From IMG/VR virus record IMGVR_UViG_3300032285_002884: a stretch of DNA of 64,000 bases; one strand, given 5' to 3'. Position numbers and translations under genes: made by a program. The DNA comes from a virus. Positions 53,099-61,501 of this stretch are shown here, piece by piece. Below the pieces are notes generated by a model that was not told the origin of the DNA, did not search any database, and worked only from the letters and a program-made list of their open reading frames with translations. Numbering within the stretch: the stretch's first letter is position 1; each line of letters opens with the position of its first letter.

Positions 53099-54100
53099 AT
53101 GCCCGATCAAGAAAAGCTGAATCAAGCAGCAAACAACATCGCTAGTCCAGTAGACCCTGTGATCGCAGCTAGACAGAATGCGCGTAATCAAGGACCTAAC
53201 TACACCTCGGCTCGCTCGGTTCTCTCATCAAAGAATCCAGATATCATTATCAACGGAAACAAGAACCCAACTTCGTCAGTCCTTAGATATCCGACTGACC
53301 TCGGTAAGTACTACATCACGTTTACGTTCAGTAAGTATCAGAGACCGAGTCAGTTTGCCCCTCTCAAGTTCTTACCAGCTGGCGCTACCCTCGCTCTTCC
53401 GGTTCCCGCAAATCTAGTCGACAGCTACAACCTCACTTACTCGACACAGGCTAGCGGACCTGCAGCCGATGCTGCTACCGCTGCTGCTAGAGGTACAATT
53501 TCACAAGATCAAGCTTCACAGACAGCTGGCGGAACAGATGTACTCTCACTCGCTTCTGATGTCTTTGGCGCAAAACTTGCAGGACTGCTTGGTGGTACGG
53601 GTGGACAAGCCGCTCTTCAATATCAAGGACTTGCATCTAACCCGTTCCTCACCGTCCTCTTCCAGCAAGTCGAGTTTAAGACCCACTCGTTCAAGTGGAA
53701 GTTCATGCCTGAGACTTTTCAAGAATCAATTGCCCTTAAAGAGATCATTGACCAGTTTAGAAAGTCAAGTCTCCCAGGATTCACAGGATCTCTATTCACC
53801 GTTCCTGACATCGTCATCCCTAAGCTCTATCCAAACGACGCGTATCTATATGAGTTCAAGCCATGTGTAGTAAAGAGCATCTCTTTCAACTATGCGCCAA
53901 ACACCCCGTCATTCTTTGCTTCATCGAACGCTCCTACTGGAATTGAGTTCTCGGTCGAGCTTCAAGAGATTGAGATCTGGACTCAAGACAACATCACAAG
54001 CTCAACTGCTGTCAATGCGACCAATGCGGCGTATAATAAAAAGTCACCTGCACCTGCTTTTGAAGAGATTCCACCTACTTACACTACTCAGGGATCGTAA
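53099..54100 (+). CDS. gp48: baseplate tail-tube cap
   Basis: LRYP, NP...LFQ...F..HSF.WKF.P and CV.....NYAP...L.E motifs. Confidence 0.85.
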   Translation: MPDQEKLNQAANNIASPVDPVIAARQNARNQGPNYTSARSVLSSKNPDIIINGNKNPTSSVLRYPTDLGKYYITFTFSKYQRPSQFAPLKFLPAGATLALPVPANLVDSYNLTYSTQASGPAADAATAAARGTISQDQASQTAGGTDVLSLASDVFGAKLAGLLGGTGGQAALQYQGLASNPFLTVLFQQVEFKTHSFKWKFMPETFQESIALKEIIDQFRKSSLPGFTGSLFTVPDIVIPKLYPNDAYLYEFKPCVVKSISFNYAPNTPSFFASSNAPTGIEFSVELQEIEIWTQDNITSSTAVNATNAAYNKKSPAPAFEEIPPTYTTQGS

Positions 54101-54997
54101 ATGACCGAGAGATACTTCGAGAAGTTTCAGACTATTAACTACAACGGTTTCAGGGCTCTCAACCTCCTGAGTCGAGTTGTCGTCTCTAGGAACACGACGA
54201 ACAACCCGTACAACTACTACGACTACGAGGTGCAAAACGGTCAGCGCGCCGACTACATCGCGTACAAGTACTACGACGATACGTTTGCTAGCTGGATCAT
54301 CTATCTAGGAAACAACATTATCGACCCATACTATGGGTGGAAGCTTGACTGGGACTCGTTTAATAAGTTCATTGTCGACGCGTATGGAAGCATAAGCGCG
54401 GCTACCAGCAAGATAGCTTTCTATAGAGTGAACTGGTACACTGACGAGTCAGTCATCTCGACAGCAGCGTTCAATAACCTAGCTTGTTCCAGCAACGCCA
54501 ACACCGCGCTAAACGTCGATCTCAAGAAGTACTGGATGCCGATATTTGACGGCAACGGTATCACACAGTACTACGTACGAAAGCCGATAGACTGGACCGT
54601 CGAGACGAACTCTATAGTAAACATGAAGACTGCCAACAGCACAGTCTTTACCTATGGCGAGGTCGTTAAGTTCTATTCGGACCAGAGACTCGGAAACCTA
54701 ATAGGTTCTTCTGAGGTCACTCACTCGAACACTTCATTTACGGTCCTTAAGAACAACCAAGGGTTCGCTAACTCGACGACGTACGCCGTCGGCACTACTT
54801 CAAACTTAGTCGACACCGTGACCACATACACCTACGTAGCTAACTCGATCCCAAACAACGGTGAGCAGGTCTACTGGTCTCCGGTCTCATGCTACGACTA
54901 TGAACTCGAGAAGAACTCTAATCTAACGAACATCAAGATCATCAATTCAGGTCTCTACAACCAAGCCGTAAACATGCTGAAGACGGAGCTGGCATAA
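54101..54997 (+). CDS. gp53: baseplate wedge subunit
   Basis: YFEKF, RAD.IA.KYY, N.IIDPY..W and YDYE...N motifs. Confidence 0.88.
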   Translation: MTERYFEKFQTINYNGFRALNLLSRVVVSRNTTNNPYNYYDYEVQNGQRADYIAYKYYDDTFASWIIYLGNNIIDPYYGWKLDWDSFNKFIVDAYGSISAATSKIAFYRVNWYTDESVISTAAFNNLACSSNANTALNVDLKKYWMPIFDGNGITQYYVRKPIDWTVETNSIVNMKTANSTVFTYGEVVKFYSDQRLGNLIGSSEVTHSNTSFTVLKNNQGFANSTTYAVGTTSNLVDTVTTYTYVANSIPNNGEQVYWSPVSCYDYELEKNSNLTNIKIINSGLYNQAVNMLKTELA

Positions 54998-54998
54998 T

Positions 54999-56228
54999 AT
55001 GGCAGCAGTCAATCCGGGCGAAGTAGAGATCAAGACGATAAGCCTTCATACTCCAAAGGGTACGCTCAACGCGACGGAGTTGACTCTCAGCTTCGACGTC
55101 TACGAGAGCGTCTTTATGCCCGGAATCATCGCTGAGCTTATTATCAGGGATGACGGGTCACTGGCAAACTACCTTCCACTGGTCGGAGAAGAGAAAGTAA
55201 ACATTGAGTTTGCTACTCCTGGAAGGGGCACGGCTAAGTATGAGCTTATCGTAGTAGAGCTGAAAGACGGTGAGACCGAGAAGAACCTCAGGACAAAGAA
55301 CTACATCCTCAGGTGCACCTCACCGGAAGTCTACGTTCACAAGACGTCCATCATACAGAAGTCATACAACACCAACATCTCTGACATGATCAAGGACATC
55401 TGTACAAAGTATCTCAAGACCAAGAAGAGCGTCGACGTAGAGGACACCAAGGGGATTCAGCCGATCATCGTACCGAGCCTGAAGCCCTACGAGGCGATCG
55501 ACATGCTTAGACGCAGGAGCGTTTCTGACAGTAATAAGTCGTCGACCTACTTGTTCTTTGAGAACCAGAAAGGCTTGAACTTCAAGACAATCGAGAAGAT
55601 GTTCTCGGAAGGCGACGTCGGCGACAGGGTGTTCACCAACGATCACACTCCAAAGACCGACTATACTCAGACTGGATACAGAAACGTCTTGTCTTTCAAC
55701 CAGCCAAAGCAGTATGACAGCGCGTCTAAGCTAGGTGGAGGCGGGCTCAATGTTCAGACTAAGGTCCTCGACTTTAAAGACCTAAGCTACAAGAAGAACG
55801 ACAACAAAAACACTGACAACGCTAAGTTCAAGAGCGCAGACGGTAAGTTTAACCCGACAAACAGCAGTGAGTTCAACGATCAGTTCTCAAAGACTGCGGG
55901 ACTCCACACCATGATGCCGACCGACGGCTCAAAGCCAAAGACCTTTATTCCAGACTCTACAGCTGACCAGAAGTCTTTCGTGTCTCAGCTCGCACAGGGC
56001 GCACTTCACCTACAGGTCATGGGCGACTCCGAGATCACTGCTGGAATACTGATCCAGAGCAACTTGACCGGACCCTCTTCAGCTAATCAGCCAGGGGAAG
56101 ACACGCTGTTAGCCGGTAAGTACCTCGTAGCCTCAGTGAGACACATCATCGGCGTCGAAGGTAAGAAGCCTAGATATACTTGTGCGATCGAAGCGCTCAA
56201 GGGTGGATATAAGGAGAGTCCAGTATGA
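54999..56228 (+). CDS. baseplate hub subunit (gp27-like)
   Basis: YES.F, LPLVGEE, YLFFEN and GKYLV...RH motifs; lies between gp53 and gp5. Confidence 0.65.
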   Translation: MAAVNPGEVEIKTISLHTPKGTLNATELTLSFDVYESVFMPGIIAELIIRDDGSLANYLPLVGEEKVNIEFATPGRGTAKYELIVVELKDGETEKNLRTKNYILRCTSPEVYVHKTSIIQKSYNTNISDMIKDICTKYLKTKKSVDVEDTKGIQPIIVPSLKPYEAIDMLRRRSVSDSNKSSTYLFFENQKGLNFKTIEKMFSEGDVGDRVFTNDHTPKTDYTQTGYRNVLSFNQPKQYDSASKLGGGGLNVQTKVLDFKDLSYKKNDNKNTDNAKFKSADGKFNPTNSSEFNDQFSKTAGLHTMMPTDGSKPKTFIPDSTADQKSFVSQLAQGALHLQVMGDSEITAGILIQSNLTGPSSANQPGEDTLLAGKYLVASVRHIIGVEGKKPRYTCAIEALKGGYKESPV

Positions 56229-56575
56229 CCGAAAGAGATATGGGAAGTAACTTCCAATGGTTCTTTGGTAAAGTCGTGAATAGAAAAGATGATCCCTCTA
56301 AGTCTGGAAAAGTTCAAGTCAGGATCTACGGTATCCACGACAACGAGTCAGACATCCCGGACACGGACCTTCCTTGGGCATACCCTATGATGCCCATCAC
56401 CAGTGCTAGCTTCGAGCACGTCGGACAGAGCCCGACCGGAGTCACTGAGGGTGCTACTGTTTTTGGGTTCTTTGTTGATCATGAGAAACAGATCCCAGTA
56501 GTGATGGGAACTATTCACAGGTCAGCGCTTCCCGATAAGAACGATGAGTCTACAGGAACTACAGTAAACCCATAA
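56225..56575 (+). CDS. gp5 N-terminal OB-fold domain as a stand-alone ORF
   Basis: WF.G.V....DP...G.VQVRI.G.H...LPWA...G..V.GFF.D...Q.P.VMG. Confidence 0.88.
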   Translation: MTERDMGSNFQWFFGKVVNRKDDPSKSGKVQVRIYGIHDNESDIPDTDLPWAYPMMPITSASFEHVGQSPTGVTEGATVFGFFVDHEKQIPVVMGTIHRSALPDKNDESTGTTVNP

Positions 56576-56585
56576 GGTAAGTATA

Positions 56586-58130
56586 ATGGATCTAGTCAAC
56601 GACATCAGTTTTATAGCTCGTGAAACCGATAAGATAAAGAACTTCAATAGAAGCATTATCGAGGTAGCGGGCGAAGGCATCAAGTCTGGACACCTTCCGA
56701 CCGTCGGCAACGTCCCGTTTAACAGTGGCGAGAAGCTGCTGAGCCTTATGCAGAGGATCGACCCGTGTAACTCTTCTGGAGCCATCTCTGCTGCTCTCAA
56801 TGCGATGCACTCGATTCAGAGTCTAATGCAGGCCCTGACTTCCGTAGCGTCTATGGCATCTATCCAGAACTTCCTATCTTCGGGAATAGCCGACGCACTG
56901 AATGGAATAGCTGGAGGACTCTTAGGCGGAGCCGCGTCTGTTCTATCTTCACTTCAGAACGCAGCATCTTTGTTGTCTGGTATCCAGTCAGTTCTCTCTG
57001 ACGCTGCAGGGTCGGTAGCCGGCCTAGTAAACGACCTCTCTACTTCTATTGGGTCAATATCTGGTCTATTGAACGGGCTAGCGCAGGCTGCAGAGTCAGC
57101 ACTTTTCGCGGCCATCTGCTCTTCGCCGTGCGGTGACTCTATGGGCAGAGGAGGTGTACTCTCTCCTCTAGCAGCGCTCGCACAGCTGGCAGGCATGTCT
57201 CTCACCGAGCTCTCTGGAATAACTGAGATACCTCTTCTCATAGAGGAGATAGCTAACACAGCAGCCTACATTCGTACCAATGGTCAGCACAATGGATTCT
57301 CACAAGAGTGTCTGAGAAGACTTCTCGATAGACTCATGGGTAATAACAATCCCTGTGGTCTTCTCGGAGCCCTCATCGGCGCAATCACGGCTATACTGGG
57401 ACAAGAATCTTTCGTTGGCGATCCAAATAAACCAGACGGCATCAAGATGCCTTCGGGAACCGGATCGTTCAGCTTCATGATGACTATCATGAATATGATA
57501 AAGAAGATCAGATCAGTCCTGAGCAACGTTCTAGGTACTCTCGACGCTTTGGCCGCTCTCGACGAGGCACTCTCCTGTTCAGGATACACTCCCTATGTCC
57601 AGCGTGACTATACTCCTCCAGTCTATCTCAGCAACAACTACGTCCCTAAAGGTGTCAACGGAGGTCCCGGAGGCTCAGGCGGAGACGTCGGGGGTGGTGG
57701 AGGCTTTGATGGCGTCATCTCTAATAACTTTATAGCCAATACTGCTAGAACAATAGCCAATACTGCTAGAATAAATGGATCAGTATTAAGTCCATATAGT
57801 ACCAATATTTCTACGAATAACCTAGCAAACAACGTTCCTAGAAACATGGAAGTCGTAGTCAAATTAAACTCGGCGGCGACTCCTCTAGATACAACACAAT
57901 TTGGAGTCGGTGGAACAGGTACTGGATCAGGTGGTGGAACAATTGGAACTGGTACTGGAACAGGTACTGGATCTGGTGGTGGAACAATTGGAACTGGTAC
58001 TGGATCAGGTGGTAGAATAACTGGAACAGGGATGCCAGTTCAAGTTACTTCCAGTAGAGTTGAAATAGTAGATACTATTCAGTTTGGATCAAACATCCTC
58101 TTTACCAACATTCCGAGGAAGAATAGATAA
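56586..58130 (+). CDS. Gly/Ala/Ser-rich protein between the gp5 N- and C-domains
   Basis: 514-aa ORF, helical amphipathic region plus Gly/Thr repeats; no lysozyme motif. Confidence 0.7.
   Translation: MDLVNDISFIARETDKIKNFNRSIIEVAGEGIKSGHLPTVGNVPFNSGEKLLSLMQRIDPCNSSGAISAALNAMHSIQSLMQALTSVASMASIQNFLSSGIADALNGIAGGLLGGAASVLSSLQNAASLLSGIQSVLSDAAGSVAGLVNDLSTSIGSISGLLNGLAQAAESALFAAICSSPCGDSMGRGGVLSPLAALAQLAGMSLTELSGITEIPLLIEEIANTAAYIRTNGQHNGFSQECLRRLLDRLMGNNNPCGLLGALIGAITAILGQESFVGDPNKPDGIKMPSGTGSFSFMMTIMNMIKKIRSVLSNVLGTLDALAALDEALSCSGYTPYVQRDYTPPVYLSNNYVPKGVNGGPGGSGGDVGGGGGFDGVISNNFIANTARTIANTARINGSVLSPYSTNISTNNLANNVPRNMEVVVKLNSAATPLDTTQFGVGGTGTGSGGGTIGTGTGTGTGSGGGTIGTGTGSGGRITGTGMPVQVTSSRVEIVDTIQFGSNILFTNIPRKNR
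57912..58013 (+). repeat. ~2.3 x 45-nt tandem repeat (GTGTGSGGGTIGTGT)
   Basis: Direct repeat, period 45. Confidence 0.85.
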
Positions 58131-58891
58131 TGGCCGACACTAGACACCCTAAGACGACTTATAATGCGCAGTATCCCTACAATAAGACATTCACGACTGA
58201 GAGCGGTCACTCGACAGAGTACGACGATACTCCTGGACATGAGAGGATAAGACACTCTCACAAGTCAGGCACTTACTGGGAAGTATCTTCCGACGGCAAG
58301 AAAGTCGAGCTAATCAGGGGCGACAGCTATGAGTACGTTAAAGGCGGCTTAACTATCTCGGTCGACAACAACGGCGATATCAAGATCTCTGGACATACCA
58401 GAATATCAATCGGAGGAGACGCCCACATCGAAGTAAAGGGTGACGTCTCAGCTGCAATCGGCGGTAACTTGTTCTCGGACGTCAATGGAAACATGGTCTC
58501 CTCGATCGCAAAAGACGTCTACCAGTCAGTCGATGGAAACTCATTCTCGTTGGTCTCTGGAAACATGAACGCCCTAGTAAACGGCGACATGGCATCGACC
58601 ATCAAGGGCACTCTCAGATCTTACGTCGGCGGTGACTCTATCACTCAGGTGAACGGCAAGACGAACATCAGGTCTAAGGGTGAGGTAAACCTACTCGCCG
58701 AGAGTAACGTCAGTGCTAGGATCTTAGGAAACCTCTCGGCTAAAGTCAACGGCAGCGCAAACGTTCAGGTGTTAGGCACTACCAGCGTCTACAGCAAGGG
58801 TAACATGAACATCAGCACCGATGGTGCCATGAACATAACTTCTAAGGGTGCAATGGTTCTAAAAGGTCAGACCATCAATCTGAACCCATAA
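58130..58891 (+). CDS. gp5 C-terminal beta-helix spike domain as a stand-alone ORF
   Basis: YPYN...TESGH..EYDDTPG.ERI...H.SGT..E; 8-residue VxG repeats. Confidence 0.9.
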   Translation: MADTRHPKTTYNAQYPYNKTFTTESGHSTEYDDTPGHERIRHSHKSGTYWEVSSDGKKVELIRGDSYEYVKGGLTISVDNNGDIKISGHTRISIGGDAHIEVKGDVSAAIGGNLFSDVNGNMVSSIAKDVYQSVDGNSFSLVSGNMNALVNGDMASTIKGTLRSYVGGDSITQVNGKTNIRSKGEVNLLAESNVSARILGNLSAKVNGSANVQVLGTTSVYSKGNMNISTDGAMNITSKGAMVLKGQTINLNP

Positions 58892-58916
58892 ATACTTTGA
58901 TAGTGAGGGGGGAGAT

Positions 58917-59261
58917 ATGGCACAGGCGGTGGCTAGAAAAAACAATACGGATACCGTGTTCTCTCCTGACGGAACGGTGAGTGGAGAGTGCTCTCCTGGC
59001 GTTCCACAGTGTGATGCCCCAAGTATCCAGAGCACTCTAGAAGGTTCTAGTAATGTGTTCATAAACGGAATAGGTGCAGTGAGAATCGGTGATGCTATGA
59101 AAACACATACTCATGGCTGTGGGTGCGTGAATCACAGCCCTACTTTATCTACGAGCTCCTCCACCGTATTCGTTAACGGCAAAGGATTAGGAAGACTTGG
59201 TGATGCCTACGACGGAAACCATAGAATCTCTTCAGGCTCGTCAAACGTATTAGCAGGTTAG
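58917..59261 (+). CDS. gp5.4: PAAR-like spike tip protein
   Basis: GSSNVFING....RIGD...H.H; VFVNGK...RLGD; SGSSNV. Confidence 0.88.
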   Translation: MAQAVARKNNTDTVFSPDGTVSGECSPGVPQCDAPSIQSTLEGSSNVFINGIGAVRIGDAMKTHTHGCGCVNHSPTLSTSSSTVFVNGKGLGRLGDAYDGNHRISSGSSNVLAG

Positions 59262-59265
59262 TTAG

Positions 59266-59694
59266 ATGTCGATACTTACAAGAGCGGATAGAAATACATC
59301 GGTATCAAAGAGAGAAGTCAGGTACTCAGACTTCCTTACTAACTTTGATCTCAACCCTATCACGGACGAGCTATCTCGAGCCACCAACGAAGAAGCGGTA
59401 AAGCAGTCTATAAGGAACTTAATCCTTACTGCTCCAGGAGAAAGACCTTATCAGCCCGATATCGGATCTGGAATCAAGAACATCTTATTTGAGCCGATGG
59501 ATGAGATTACATCTATAGCTCTGACAAATGAGATAAAGAATACTATCAATAACCACGAACCGAGAGCAAACCTTGAAGACGTCTCGATCATCGCAAACGA
59601 GATCGATCAGTCATACTATGTGAATATCTTGTTCTCCATGATAAATAGCACGCAAGTCTCACAGATGAGCTTCGTTCTCAACAAAGTAAGATAA
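59266..59694 (+). CDS. gp25: baseplate wedge subunit / sheath initiator
   Basis: AVKQSIRNLILT..GERPYQP.IGS; HEPR. Confidence 0.92.
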   Translation: MSILTRADRNTSVSKREVRYSDFLTNFDLNPITDELSRATNEEAVKQSIRNLILTAPGERPYQPDIGSGIKNILFEPMDEITSIALTNEIKNTINNHEPRANLEDVSIIANEIDQSYYVNILFSMINSTQVSQMSFVLNKVR

Positions 59695-59695
59695 A

Positions 59696-61498
59696 ATGGC
59701 AGCAAACTCATCAATAGATCTTACCTCGCTAGATACCGATCTTATCGCGAGTAGTCTCAAGACTTACTTCAATAATCAGGTCGCGTTTAAGGACTACAAC
59801 TTCGACGGTTCAAACCTCGGCGTCTTGATCAACCTGCTGTCATATAACACGTTCCTCAACTCTTTCTATCTCAACATGATAGCGTCTGAGTCATTTCTCG
59901 ACACGGCACAGCTCGACACCAGCACCTACTCACACGCTAAAGCACTAAACTATACTCCAAAGAGCGCGACCTCCTCTAAGGCTACCGTTACCCTTAAGTT
60001 CTCTACTTCTCCGGTAAGCAACGTCTCGACTATCATCCTGCCAAAGGGAACCGGCTTTACCGCCAAGGTCGGCACGAACAGCTACAGCTTCTATACAGAC
60101 GCTACTCAGGTATTCCATTCAAGTAACAATACTTGGACTATCCCGAACATCGACATATATGAAGGCTCATACGTCACTGACACGTTCATTATGAACTACT
60201 CTGACACCAATCAGAGATTTATCCTTACAAACGACACAGTCGATATCTCGACCATAGCAGTCACGCTGATCGAAGACGGATCGACTTATCTCTCATATCT
60301 CAAGAAGCAGACCCTTCTCGACGTCACAGATCAGTCCAAAGTATTCTTCGTACAGGGCTCTGAGAACGGGATGTTTGAAGTAGTCTTTGGCGACGGGATC
60401 TCGGGCCGTCGCCCTAAAGACGGCGCCATCATCTCGATCAACTATAGAATCTCGAGTGGCACTGGTCCAAACGGAGCTTCTAAGTTTACTCTGAACTCAG
60501 ACATCACCGGCGGCGCTCTTCTAGGCTCGGCCACGGTCACTACTCAGTCCTCAGCTATCGGAGGAAGCATTAAAGAGACCGCCAGCTCGGTCAAGTTCAA
60601 CGCGCCTAGATACTTCCAGACTCAAGAGCGCGCAGTCACGCCGACCGACTATGAGACTCTAATAAAGATCCAGTTTCCCGAGATCAAGAACATCGCGATC
60701 TACGGCGGTGAGACGGTCAACCCTCCTAGATACGGCAAGGTGTTCGTCTCAGTAGATATCTCAAACGTGCAAGGCTTTCCGGACTCTAAGAAGACTCTGT
60801 ACTATAACTTCTTAAAGCCTAAGATGCCGCTCACACACGAGCCTATATTCGTATCGCCTACATATATCTATTATAGCATCAACTCTCTAGTGAGATACAA
60901 CGTTAACTTGACTAACATGACTCCGACAGAGGTCGCCACCATCGTCAAGAACTCAGTTGTAAACTTTGATTCTACGTATCTTGGAAAGTTTAACTCGATC
61001 TTGAGATACAGCCAGCTTACCAAAGCCATCGACGCATCAGATACTTCTATTATTGGCAACGAGACCGAAGTATACGCTTACAAGAAGATCTATCCAAAGC
61101 TGAACACTTCTCAGAATATCAAGATCAACTTTAACCTACCTATCCTCGATACTCTCTTCCCTATTGGAAAAGTTCATCCGATCGCCGACCTTCATGCGAT
61201 CTACTCTTCCGAGATTTTCTACAATGGCGAGGCCTGCTACCTCGAAGACGACGCTAACGGCATCATCAGGATAGTTAAGTCGTCAGGCAATAACCACATT
61301 GTAGTCAAAGAAGTTGGAACCATTGACTATGCATCTGGAGTCGTTAATCTAGTGAACTTTAGCATCGACTACTACAGTGGCCCAGAGCTCAAGATATACG
61401 CGATCACAGCAGAGAAAGACATCTATGCTGGGCAGAACGATATTCTACAGCTAGAGCCGAGTGAGATCAACTTAACAATTCAAGCTATAAGGGAGTAA
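59696..61498 (+). CDS. gp6: baseplate wedge subunit
   Basis: FKDYNFDGS, ESFLDTAQ, FGDG..G and Q.RAVT..DY motifs. Confidence 0.93.
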   Translation: MAANSSIDLTSLDTDLIASSLKTYFNNQVAFKDYNFDGSNLGVLINLLSYNTFLNSFYLNMIASESFLDTAQLDTSTYSHAKALNYTPKSATSSKATVTLKFSTSPVSNVSTIILPKGTGFTAKVGTNSYSFYTDATQVFHSSNNTWTIPNIDIYEGSYVTDTFIMNYSDTNQRFILTNDTVDISTIAVTLIEDGSTYLSYLKKQTLLDVTDQSKVFFVQGSENGMFEVVFGDGISGRRPKDGAIISINYRISSGTGPNGASKFTLNSDITGGALLGSATVTTQSSAIGGSIKETASSVKFNAPRYFQTQERAVTPTDYETLIKIQFPEIKNIAIYGGETVNPPRYGKVFVSVDISNVQGFPDSKKTLYYNFLKPKMPLTHEPIFVSPTYIYYSINSLVRYNVNLTNMTPTEVATIVKNSVVNFDSTYLGKFNSILRYSQLTKAIDASDTSIIGNETEVYAYKKIYPKLNTSQNIKINFNLPILDTLFPIGKVHPIADLHAIYSSEIFYNGEACYLEDDANGIIRIVKSSGNNHIVVKEVGTIDYASGVVNLVNFSIDYYSGPELKIYAITAEKDIYAGQNDILQLEPSEINLTIQAIRE

Positions 61499-61501
61499 GA
61501 C

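Noticed and set aside
56561-56588. +1 frameshift joining the gp5 OB domain to the 514-aa ORF at AAC CCA TAA
   Set aside because: Not a recognised shifty codon context; the downstream ORF has its own TAAGG SD and ATG
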